This document shows positions 25,586 to 37,419 of a stretch of DNA of 64,000 nucleotides, piece by piece. Each line of letters opens with the position of its first letter. Position 1 is the stretch's first letter. Below the pieces are notes generated by a model, which did no database searches, was not told where the DNA came from, and saw nothing but the letters and a program-made list of their open reading frames with translations. The position numbers and the translations under genes are program-made. Source of the stretch: Chiloscyllium plagiosum (taxonomy: Eukaryota); contig NC_057723.1 in the NCBI RefSeq assembly GCF_004010195.1, forward strand, positions 39,902,119-39,966,118. The letters are read 5' to 3'.

Positions 25586-26504
25586 TGTTATGACCCACTT
25601 GGGGAAGTGTGCTAATTCTTAAGTCCCCTTCTGTCAGGGTCATCTCAGATGTTAATGATTTAATTTGAACACACAAAGTCCCCAATTTACCTGTCTGTTA
25701 GAATCAAGTTAGCAGAAAACTGTACTTCACAAGAGCAGCCATTTTCTACAAATAACTAGAAATTCTAATCACAAGTAAACAGCTATGAACCATCAACATA
25801 GAGCTCTGTTAGTTAAAACTCTAACCCCCTTTTGAAACCCTGACACACACACACTGAGATAAAGACAAGATAAACAGATTTTGTGGGTAAAGGGAGAAGT
25901 AAACTAGGAAACAGAGTTTAATAGCACTAATACAGAAGATGTTCATTTTACTTGTCAAGATTTTCTGTTCTTTGATCTGAAGGTTTTTCACATTTTTGCT
26001 GAAAACACAGGTGAATTGGTATACTAATTGTGCAATCTCTTTGTTACTTTTAAAAAGCAATAGTCTACTCCACCTGGTGGGAGAAAATAATTGGATTTCT
26101 TCAGGCTTCAGTTATCCTGACAGTAGAGACAGAGGGAGATCCATTGCTCCTTTCAGCAGTCCAAAGGCTTCTCAATGATTTGTTCACACCTACAAGCTGT
26201 TCAGCTGCCCATGAACCAAACAGAAAGTTCTTGTAAGGATGATGACCATTGCCTTCACAACTGGTCATATTGCACAAGCCAATCAGCGACTTGTTGCCAG
26301 CCAAGTAGCACTCTGTATATCCCCCGATGCCACTCCATCTACAAACATCTCCCCTCACTGATTAAACACGGCAGCATTGTAAATGAATAGAATTTGTTTC
26401 AGAAATTTGCTTTTAAAGTTCAGTAATTCCTTCATTAGTTTTAAAACAGTCCTTTTCTGTTTTAGTCCACATTCAAAAATACTTTGAATGATTTGGTCTT
26501 AACA
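25586..26504. mobile_element. Solo-LTR-like element
   Basis: Begins TGTTATGACC and ends GGTCTTAACA (9/10 inverted match, TG...CA). No ORF and no clear TSD. Confidence 0.45.
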
Positions 26505-27253
26505 GCACTCCAGAATACATTTCAGTAGGTCAATATCAAATCAACGAAGTTGTATTTTATGTTGCCATTGAAAAATAGTGAAGATTTATATAACACCTGG
26601 ACATCCTAAAATACTTCACAACTACTGAAATACAGAGTCACTGTTTAACTACTTGTTCGCTGGTGTTCGAGTTCAGTAAACTGCTGCCTATTTTAGATAT
26701 TTGGAGCCTTTGAAATAAAGGAAGCTTTGCCCAGTCAGGAAGGAGGGATCACATCCAGAGTGAAACATAGACTGAATGAGTGCAGAGTTTGGGGATTTTG
26801 AAGACAGTGTGGAGATTCAGTGAAGAGGGTAAGATGTGCTTTTTACTTTTTTTTTAATCACGTAGTTTGTAATTTAACAGGATAAATTGAAGCCCAGGTT
26901 GAGGGGCCCGTCATAAAAGGACAACATCACAGATAAACCGTAAATTCATTGGTTTGTGATAGCTATAAATTTGAATATCTATTATGGGTTACTTCCACAT
27001 TGAAGATAAATAGGGGAAATATGTACAGGCTACAAATCGAAGACTAGCATAAAATTTTAAAAGATTAAATAAAGACATAAATAATTAAAATTGAGATGCT
27101 GAGCCAGTTGATATGTTGCAACTGTGTAATGTGGGAGCTGGTGGACCCCGTTTTGTTCATAGCGACTATGTCCAAAGTGAGTGTTGGTTGCTTGAGGCTC
27201 AGAACTTCAAATGTTGTGATATATCAAGGAGGAGGAGAGTTACCTGGAAGCTG

Positions 27254-30200
27254 GTGTCACAAAGCTGGATAAAATCTATAGAGATGGCAAGAATTCAATT
27301 GCAAATAAAGCAGTTTGAGTTAGAGGTGAGAGATAAGGAAAGGGCAGCATAAATGAAAGAGATTGAGTTATGATTAAAAGCAGAAGAGAGGGAAAAAGAG
27401 GGAGCAGCAGAAGAGGGAGAAAAAGAGAGAGCACCAGAAGAGAAAGAAGACAGAAGAGCAGAAAAGAGAGAAAAAGAGAATGTTTGAACTTCAGAAACAG
27501 ACACATAAAAAGGAGTCAGCTTAAAATGCTGGAGATAAAGGTTTGAGGTAAACTTAGCGAGGAAGTAGTGCAAACTCATGCGGAAGAGCAGAGAGTTAAA
27601 ACAACAAGGTTAGCGGTTACAGTGAATCATAATTATGACTGGCTCATAAAACACAGGTTGGCTTCCAGAATCTGTTTCAGTCCACGAGAGATAGAAATTG
27701 GGGCAAAGAGAAATCCTCATGTGGAAAGGGAAAGGTGGATCTCAGTGAAGATCATAAGGGGTAACTTACCACAGGATAAAAAAGAAACCTTTGAGGGGGA
27801 CAAAGAAGTTAAAAAGCTCTGGTATTTTCATAGTAATAAATTGGGCCACACAGAATCACAGTGTTGGTGGGCTAGGAGAAAGCCAGATGTAGGAAAACCC
27901 AGACAAGCCTGGACATTTTGTTGGACTAGTAGCAAAAAGTACAAAGGAAGTTTGACAACTGCCTCAGAGTGTATAAGATGATCAGAGGTTGATTAAGGAG
28001 AAAGTGCCAGATTTGCTTAAAAATAATACATGCGAAGGTAAAGTTTTTTCACATAGGCCAAGAGTAGCAGGTAAAGAGTTTAAGGGACATAGGATTCTTT
28101 CAGTCTGTAATGCTGAAGGATGAGGAGATATGTACTCCTGAGGCACTATTGCCAGAAAAGATATTAGTAACAGGAATTCATGGTGAGACAAAAAGTGCTC
28201 AACTATGTAAAATGAGGCTAGAGGGTCCAGAGAAGAGTGGAGAATTTGTGGTAGGAGTACTGGACAAACTCTCAGCTCCAGGAATACAATTTGTTCTTGC
28301 AAATGATATTGCTGATTCACCAGTAGGCATGCTGCCTACTCTAGTTGAAAAGCCAGTGGAGACGAAGGCAACTGAAGACATGGAGAATGTTTATCCAGGA
28401 ATTCTCCCTGATTGTGTGGTCACAAGATCACAGAGGCACAAGTTGAAGCCAGAGAGATCAAAAGGCACAAATAAGAAATCTGACATCATGTTATCCGAAA
28501 CTTGCTTTGATCAGATAAGTGGAACTGAGAAGGAGCAAATGGGTAAACATGACAGTATCTTTAGCTGATTGAATGATAAAAGAAAGATGAGAAGTCAAAA
28601 TAGTTGTACCAAAAAGCAAATGCAGAGAAGGAGAGTGAGTATATCCCTGTGTGTTATTACTTAACAAATGATGTCTTAATGAGGAAATAGAGGCCATCAC
28701 ACAGTCAATCAGATGAGAAATGGGCAGAGATTCATCAAATCGTTTTGCCAGTAGTGTATAGAAAGGAGGTGCAAGCGGTGCATGAGCTACCACTTGGAGG
28801 TTATTTGGGGATGATGAAAACGCAGGCTAAAATACAAACATTTTTAACTGGCCTCAACTTCACAAGGATGTAGTTACATTTTGCCAGACATGTCATACAT
28901 GTCAGCTAATCAGAAAGCCACAGGCAATAATAAAACCTGCACCTTTAATACCTATTCCAGCATTTGAGGAACCTTTCACAAGATTCTTGATTGGTTGTGT
29001 AGGTCCCCTACCTCAAACAAAAAGTGGAAATAAGTATGTATTTACAATAACAAATGTGTTGACTAGATTCCCAGAGGCAATCCCATTACACAACATCACA
29101 GCTAAAAGGGTTGTAGAAGAATTACTTGAACATTTTACTAGATACAGACTACCAATAGAGATCCAGTCAGATCAAGAATCAAACTTCACATCCAAACTAT
29201 TCAAGGGGTTTTGGATAACTTGGGAATAAAGCAATTCAAATCTACTGCGTACCATCTAGAATCATAGGCGGCACTGGAGAGATGGCATCAAACGCTAAAG
29301 ACTATATTGAGGGCTTATGGTCAGGATTATCCAGCTGATTGGGATAAGGGAGTTCCGTTTGTACTTCTGAGATCAGAGATGCATCGAATGAGTCGAACAA
29401 ATTCAATCCAGTTGAATTAATGTTTGGGCATGAAGTAAGAGGACTGTTAAAATTGATTTAAGGAGAAATTAACAAGTCAGAATTCAGAGACCACCCATTT
29501 GGACTATGTGTCAAAGTTTAGAGAATGATTATATTGAACTGGAGAATCTAGACAGCATTTACAAGTATTACAGCATACAATGAAACAGGAAGCGGATAAG
29601 AAATCACAAATTCTCAATGTTGCAATTGGGTATAAGGTATTGGTTTTACTTCCAGTAACAGGTGAGCCTTTAAAAGCAAGAGGAAATTGAGTACTTGATA
29701 AAGACTCCAGATAGGAAGAAATCTCACACTGTGTGTCATGTGAGTATGCTCAAAAGGTATTTTGATAGGGAAGGAAAGCAAGAGGAGAAGATGTTGATGA
29801 TTACAGCACAGAAGGAAGAGCCAAGTTCAGAGGATTCTGAATTAAACATTCCTCAAATCGAATTGGACAATGAGGAAGTTGTCAAAAATTGGGATAAATT
29901 ATTGAGCTACCTTCCACAGGAAAATTGAAATGACCTGAAAGGGTTATTACTATCACATGGGGAGATATGCAGAAATAACCTGGGAAGTACTAACCTAATT
30001 GTGCATGATGTAGAGATAGGAGATGCTATTCCAATTAAGCAACATCTTTGTAGGCATAACCCTCTAAAGTTGCCACAGGTTCAGAGGGATATAGAACGCA
30101 GGCTTCAAGATGGCATAATTGAAGTGAGTTACAGTGACTGGAGCTCACCCATAGTCATGGTGCCAAAGCCAGATTGTACCCAATGGTAGTGTGTGGACTA

Positions 30201-31350
30201 TCACCAAGTCAACACCATTACAAAGACTGATGCATATTCAGTTCCATGGTTGGAAGACTGTGTCAGGAAAGTGGGACAAGTGACTTACATTTCTAAGTTG
30301 GACTTGCTCAGAGGCTACTGGCAAGTACCTCTGTCAGAGAGAGCAAAGGCAATTTTGGCTTTCGTAACGCTAAATGGACTATATCAGCTCAATGTCATGC
30401 CATTTCATCCGAAAAACGCTCCAGCCACATTTCAGAGACTAACTAATAAGGTCATTGCCAGGTTGCCCAATTGTGTTGTTTACATGGATGACCTGGTGAT
30501 TTTTAGTCACTCATGGAAGGAACGTTTACGGCATTTATCGGACTTGTTCAATTGACTTCGGAAGGCAGGCTTTGTGGTAAACTTAACTAAAAGTGAATTT
30601 GCCAAAGCCCAAATCACCTTCCTGGGCCATGTTATTGGACATGGACAAATGGCCCCACGAGATGCGAAAACGAAAGTAGTTGGAGAAGGTCCTACAACAT
30701 CGATGAGAAAAGCAGTACTACGGTTCCTGGGATTGAGTGGATTTTACCAAAGGTTTGTGCTGAGCTTTAGCAACGTGGCTGCTCCACTCACCAAATTGTT
30801 TAAAAAAAAAAGGGCAAGAACAGTCAGTGGACAGTGGACTGTCAAAAGGCTTTTGACAGCCTAAAAACTGTGTTATCCACCGCCCCAGTATTAGCCACAC
30901 CAGATTACATGAAGCCTTTCAAGGTGGCTATCGACGCCAGTGATGTGGGTGTCGGTGTGGATGACGAGGGGATAGAAAGACCCATCCAGTATTTTTCTAG
31001 GAAGTTGAATGTTTATCAACAGAAATATTCAACAGTGGAGAAAGAGACTTTAAGCTTGGTGTTGGCATTACAACATTTCAGTGTTTATATTACCAGCAAT
31101 GCATCTGAGACAATCATATACACTGATCATGACCCATTGACATTTGTGAAAAAGTTAAGGACACAAATGTCAGACTGTTGAGATGGAGCTTGTTGTTGCA
31201 GCCGTTCAATTTGACAATTGTGCACGTGGCAGGCCGCGAAAACGTGATTGCAGGAGCACCGCACCGACCCCACATTACTGGCATCGATAACCACCTTTGT
31301 GTAATCAGGTGTGGCTAATACTGGGGCGGTGGTTAACACAGTTTTTAGAT
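27254..31350 (+). mobile_element. Gmr1-like Ty3/gypsy retrotransposon internal region (gag-PR-INT-RT-RH), pseudogenised, no LTRs
   Basis: E/K/R coiled coil and a degenerate CCHC knuckle (FHSNKLGHTESQCW, ~27820-27867). Protease ~28020-28330. Integrase: HELP..G, CQTCHTCQ, CVGPLPQTKSGNKY, TRFPEAIPL, IQSDQESNFTS (28640-29770). RT: DLLRGYWQVPL, VYMDDLVIFS (30000-30860). RNase H: AIDASD, YSTVEKETL, YTDHDPL (30900-31250). Confidence 0.9.
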
Positions 31351-32589
31351 GCTGTTGTATCGGGATAGTATATTAAGAGAAATAAATACCTGTTTTCTGT
31401 GACTAGGATCGGGAGTCCTAAAGGCAGTGTTGCTTGCCTGGTGCTCAGATTCAGGATACCTTATCTGTGCTGCAGAGGAACTTGGAGTGGGCGAGGACAG
31501 GTCCAGTTATCATTGTCCACATAGGTATCAATGATTTAGATAGAAGGAAGAAATAGTTGTTGCAGTGGGAGTATGAGCAGTCGGGAGCTAAATTAAAAGC
31601 AGAATCAAAAAGGTCATAGTTTCTGGATTACTTTTTGAACCGTGAACAAATTGGCACAGGCTCAGTAAGAGTAAAGAGGTAAATGTGGGGTCCAAATGAG
31701 AAATGAGTTCAAATTCATGTAAGATTAACTCCAGCACTGGGGTAAGATGGAGCTGTTCTGATTGGATTGACTCCACTTGAACCATGTTGATACAAGAGTA
31801 CTGGCAAATTGAATAAATAGGGTTGTGGATAGGGCTTTAGACTAAACCATTGTGGGGGGTGGGAGTTCAGTGGGTTCAGTTACATGGATAATTATGGAAT
31901 AAATTAAAGGAGGGGAGAATTAACAGATGTTTCCAGAGTTATTAATGTTTGCAGAACATGTAGTAAGATAGAAAGTATGGAAAGAGTAAGGATTACATCT
32001 TCAGGCACAGCAGATGAGGGGACAACTGTGAGAAGGAGACAGTCAAGGCAGGACTGAGGGTGTTGGACTTAAATACAGACAATATGGGAAACAAGGTAAA
32101 TGAGCTTGTTGCACACATTGAAATTGGCAAGTACGATGTTGTAGGCATTGCAGACATATGGCTGCAAGGGGATTAGGATTGGCAACTAAATGTCCAAGGA
32201 TATACATCCCTTCAAAAGGATAGCTAGATGGGCAGAGTGGATATGGGGTTTCCTTGTTAGTAATAAACAAAATTAAATCAATAGCAAGAAGTGCTACAGA
32301 GTCGGAAGCCATAAAATTCGTGTGGGGAGAGTTGAGGAACAGCAAAAGAAAGAAAGACCCTGATGAGAGTTGTGTCCAGGCCTCCTAGCAGTAGTCTGGA
32401 TGTAGGGAAAGGAAGAAAATAAATTAGGAGATGGAAAAGGTATGTGCGAAAGGCACCGACACAATAATCATGAGGGACTTCAATATGCAGGTGGGCTGAG
32501 TTCGTACGGATGTGAAGAAAAGGAATTTGGAGAATGTCTGTGAGATAGTTTTTTGGAGCAGCTTGTGGTAGAGCTCACTAGGGAATAGG

Positions 32590-33469
32590 AGAAAAGGAGG
32601 ATTGCAGATGCTGGAGGTCAGAGTTGAAAGGTTCGGTGCTCGAAAAGCATAACAGGTCAGGTAGCATCCGAGGAGCAGGGAGAATTGAGTTAACTTAACA
32701 AGGGAGTCGCAGAGGGAATGATTTCTGTGGAATGGAGAAGGAAATATATCTCTGGTGGTGGGGTCTGACTGTAGTTTGCGAAAATGGTGTGGAATGATGC
32801 ATTGCATCCAGAGATCGGTGGGGTGGAAGGTGATGACCAGGGGAGTTCTATCCCTGTTGCGGTTGGTTGGATGAGGTTCAAGAGCAGAAGTGCGAGAAGT
32901 GGAGGAGGTATGCTGGAGGATGTTGTTGACCATGGGGGAGGGGAAATTGTGGTCCTTGAAGTAGGACGCCATCTAGGATTTTCTGGAGTGGAGTTGCTCC
33001 TCCTGGGAGCAGATAAGGGGAGACGGAGGAACTAGGAGAAATGGATAGCGTTTTTCGAGGAGAGGGGGTGGGAGGAGGTGTAGACCAAGTAGCTGCGGGG
33101 GTAGATGGGTTTGAAGTAGATGTCTGTGTTGAGTCGGTCACTGCAAATGGAGGCGGAGAGGTCCAAGAAGCGGAGAGAGATATCCGGGATGGTCCAGGTG
33201 AACTTGAGGTCAGGGTGAAAGGTGTTCATAAAGTTGGTGAACTGTTAAACCTCCTTGTGCGACCGATACATTCATCAATATAGCAGAGGAAAAGGTGGGG
33301 AATGGTACCAGTGTAACTGCAGAAGATGGGCTGTTGGACTATCCGACGAAGAGGCAGACATAGCTGGGGCCCATGAGGTTTCCATGGCTACCCCTATTGT
33401 CTGAAGCAAGTGGGAGAATTCAAAGGAAAAGTTGTTGAGGATGAGGACCAGTTCAACCAATTGAATTCC
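32590..33469 (-). mobile_element. PLE (RT fragment plus pLTR tail) inserted into the CR1 APE region, with TSD
   Basis: LVELVLILNNFSF...QTIGVAM, FHPDLKFTW..SLRFLDL..DIYFKP..SYL.YTSSHP..KNAI, PLVITFHPT. TSD cactagggaatagg (32576-32589 / 33470-33483). Confidence 0.9.
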
Positions 33470-35342
33470 CACTAGGGAATAGGCAATAATGAATTTGGTG
33501 ATGTTTAATGAAGCAAACTGATTAGGGAGCTTAAGATAAAGGAAACGCTAGAAGGCAGTGACCATAATATGATAGAATTCACCGTGCAGTTTGAGAGGGA
33601 GAAGCTGGAATCTGATGTAACAGTACCACACTGAAGGTAATTACAAAGGCATGAGGAGGGAGCTGGCCAGAATTGATTGGAAGGGGATCCTAGTAGGGAA
33701 GACAGTGGAGTAGCAATGGCAGAGGTTTCTGGTGGTAATTCAAGAGGCACAGCAGAAATTCATCCCAAGGAAGAAGAACCAAAAGTAGGGGAGGATGAAG
33801 CAACCATGGCAGACAAAGGAAGTCAGGCACAGCATACAAACAAAAGAGAAAGCACACAATGTGGTGAAGATTAGTGAGAAGCCAGATAATTGGGAAGCCT
33901 TTAAAAACAAGCAGGGGACAACTAACAAGGCAATAAAGGAGAGGAAGATGAAATTTGAGACTCAGCTAGCTAGTAATATAAAAGAAGATTGCAAGAGTTT
34001 TTTTTAGATAGTTAAATGGTAAGTCTGGACATTGGACCACTGGAAATGAGATTGAATAAATAGTAATGGGGAACAAAGAAATGGCTAAGGAACTAAATAG
34101 ATACTTTGCATCAGTTTTCACAATGGAAAACACCAGCAGCATATCAGAACTTTGAGAGTCAGGGAGCAGAGGTGAGTCTGCCCAAGTCCCATCTGCCATT
34201 TCTTTACACACACTCCTCATCTGTTTGCAACACTATTTAACCCTCTACCTGTATTTATGTAATATGCAAATTTCACAACAATGCCCTCAGTTCCTTCATC
34301 CAGAACGGTAATGTATGACGTGAATAGTCGTGGTTTCAACACGAGGTCCTCTGACCTTCACTAGTCACCAGCTGCCATCCTGAAAAAGGATCCCTTTATC
34401 CCTACTCTCTGTATTTTTACAATCAGCCAATCCTCTCTTCATGCCAGGACCTTGCTCTTATCAGTATGGGCTCTTTCCTTGTTTAGCAGCCTCCTGTGAG
34501 GCACCTTGTCACAGGAATCCAAATAGATCACATCCACCGGATGTCCTTTATCTAACTTGCTCATTACCTCCTCAAAAAAATTCTAACAGATTTGATAGGC
34601 ATGACTTCCAAGTACCCTGCAATCTCATCCTTAACATTGGATTCTAAAATCTTACCAATGGCCAAAGTCATTCTAACTGGCCTTTAGTTTCCTGTCATCT
34701 GCCTCTCTCCATTCTTAAATAGGGATGTTACATTAGTCATTTTCCAGTCCTTTGTGATTCTCCTTGACTTCAGTGATTTCTGAAAGATCAGTATCAATGC
34801 CTCTCCAATCTCCTAGCTATCTCCTTCAGAATTCTGGGATGTAGTCTATCCAATGCGGGTGATTTATCTATCTCCAGATCTTACAGATTCCACAGCACTT
34901 TGTCCTTAGTAATGGCTACACTTAATCCCCTTACCAATCAAGAACCTATGTATTTCTGTCTCAAATACACTCGATGGCTTGGCTTTCACAGCCCTCTGCA
35001 ACAATGAGTTCTACAGATTGTTCTGTATTTTCTTAAGTAGAGTATTGCAGGTTCAGTTGGCAGTAAGAAAGGCAAATCCAATGTTACCATTCATTTCAAG
35101 AGGGCTAGAATGCAGGAGCGGGAAACAATGCTGAGGCTGTATAGGGCTCTGGTCAGACTGCATTTGGAGTTTCGTGAGCAATTTTGGGCCCAATATCTAT
35201 GGAAGGATCCATTGGCATTGTAGGGGGTTCAGAGGAAGTTTACACGAATAATCGCAGGATGAGGGGCTTGTGATATGAGGAGCGATTGAGGACTCTGGGT
35301 CTCTACTCAATGGAATTTAGAAAGATGAGTGGGGGGATGAAT

Positions 35343-35655
35343 GGGTGGCATGGTGGATCAGTGGTTAGCACTAATGCCTCACAGTGCCAGGAACCCAGGT
35401 TCGATTCCAGCCTCGGGCAACTGGCTGTGTGGAGTTTGCACATTCTCCCCATATCTGCATGGGTTTTCTCTGGGTCCTCTGGTTTCCTTCCACAGTCCAA
35501 AGATGTGTAGGTCAGGTGAATTGGTCATGCTAAATTGTATTAGGTGCATTAGTCAGAGGGAAATGGGTCTGGGTGAGTTACTCTTCAGAGGGTCGGTGTC
35601 GACTTGTTGGGCTGAAGGGCCTGTTTCTACACTGTAAGGGAATCTAATCTAATCT
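35343..35655 (+). mobile_element. HE1-type SINE, full length, inserted in the CR1 3' region
   Basis: gggtggcatggtggatcagtggttagc...ggttcgattcc...ctgtaagggaatctaatctaatct. Confidence 0.88.
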
Positions 35656-36363
35656 GACTGAAACTTACAGAATATTGAGAAGCCTGGATAGAGTGGACAT
35701 GGAAAACATGTTTCCATTAATAGGAGAAACTAGGATCTGAAGCCATAACCTCAGCCTTTTAGAACTGAGATGAGGAAGAATTTTGTCAGCAAGAGGATGG
35801 TTAATCTGTGGAACTCATTGCTGCCAAAGGCTGTGAAGGCCAAATCATTGAGTGTAGTTGAGACAGAGATACATAGGTTCTGCATTGGTAAGGGGATCAA
35901 GGATTAGGGGAGAAGGCAGCAGAATAGGGTTAAGAAACATTTGGGCATGATCGAGTGGCAGAGCGGGTGGGTCTAATGGCCAATTCTGCTCCTGTATCTT
36001 CACATAATGGCACAATATTTAAAGACAGTTCTAAACAAATAGCTTAATTTTCCAAATTAACAGGGATTCATTGTGCTTTTGTTTAAAACACATATGATTT
36101 GATCATTAATTCAAAACTAGTGCATGAAAAATGGAAGAAAATAGTTTGAAAAATACTTCATAGTCTGCTTTAACCACGAGCCATACCTATACAGGGCTAA
36201 GTTTCATTTTTAGTAAAAGACTTAGCAATACATGTGTTATGAGTTTCTTTCCTCGTAATGCTGTATTGTGAACAGTATCTAGTATGTGTCAGTAATCCAC
36301 ATAATACATGTCCCTGAATTCTTCAATAAATTGGCTTAATTGCATTTTCAAGTAATTAAAAAC

Positions 36364-36453
36364 AGGGTCACCGGATCCTAAACGTTATCTCTGATTTCTC
36401 CTTACAGATGCTGCCAGACCTGCTGAACTTTTCCAGCAATTTCTGTTTTTGTT
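36364..36453 (+). mobile_element. PLE pLTR remnant
   Basis: agggtcaccggatcctaaacgttatctctg...cagatgctgccagacctgctga...ttccagca; same family as 868-1078. Confidence 0.65.
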
Positions 36454-37213
36454 CAAGAAATCAACGTTGAATCTGTCAAGTTTCATTTGGTTGCTCAATT
36501 TGCACTTAAATTGTGCAAGTAATGGTACCCTGTGGTCAATTGAGATATATTTGACACAGCTTTGCAGTTCACAGAATATAATTCTGCAACCTGATGCAAT
36601 TGTTCACTTTATCATCTCTTTATGAGAAAACTCTGTTATGGCAGGATACCAATCATCAAAATTCTTTGTGAGCTGATAGTGTAGCTGTTCCCAAGCAAAG
36701 TTTCGGGACTTACCATCTCCCTGAGTTCATAGTTCATTTTGTTTTAACCGCATTCAATAACAAAGTCTACCTATTTGTAAAAACATGCATTGGAATTTCA
36801 TGTGTGCACATGTGTATATGTAAAACCAATGTACCTGGAAATAAAATTAAATATACAAGGTATATTGACTTCATTGTGCAATAGTAAATTTATTCCAGAG
36901 GTACTGCTGCAAATTAAACTGATGTCATATTGTTTTGTGGTGCCCCATTTAATTTAAAGCATTTTTCTCACAGTTATGAAATTGTAGTCTTGAAAACTTG
37001 TTCAGAGAAAATTGTGGAATAATGTCTTCTGCATAATTAAGACTTGTAAGATAAAACCTTGTCAACTGTCAATAGATTCCTCCAATTTTCTCTTACACGT
37101 TGAGGATCAAGACATGACTGTAATTTAGAACATGTGGCAGGCAGTAAAAATACATTGATAGTTAAATTCTTTACCTGAACTTCTAACTTTAGACAAAACA
37201 TTTCTGGAAAACT

Positions 37214-37419
37214 TTGAGGAGAAAGTGAGGTCTGCAGATGCTGGAGATCAGAGCTGGAAATGTGTTGCTGGAAAAGCGCAGCAGGTCAGGCAGCATCCAG
37301 GGAACAGGAGAATCGACGTTTCGGGCATAAGCCCTGAAGAAGGGCTTATGCCCGAAACATCGATTCTCCTGTTCCCTGGATGCTGCCTGACCTGCTGCGC
37401 TTTTCCAGCAACACATTTC
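37214..37419. mobile_element. Young palindromic PLE pLTR insertion with perfect 15-bp TSD
   Basis: 81-bp arms 37255-37335 / 37341-37421 with one mismatch and a 5-nt loop gaaga. TSD catttctggaaaact (37199-37213 / 37420-37434). Hammerhead core CTGAAGA-agggcttatgccc-GAAAC-ATC at 37334-37361. Confidence 0.92.

Larger units (their letters stand above)
26700..36000 (+). mobile_element. Composite degraded CR1 LINE locus: ORF1 zinc finger (~27100-27253), esterase (~31355-31840), APE (~32060-33600), RT with internal inversion, 3' end ~36000
   Basis: C..CN.WEL...DYV...CWLLE zinc-finger-like motif; GDS..CCLPGA.IQD..VHIGIND esterase; LNTDNMGNKVNEL..YDVVGI APE; 3' RT/UTR at 35040-36000. Interrupted by a gypsy element, a PLE and an HE1 SINE. 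Confidence 0.75.
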
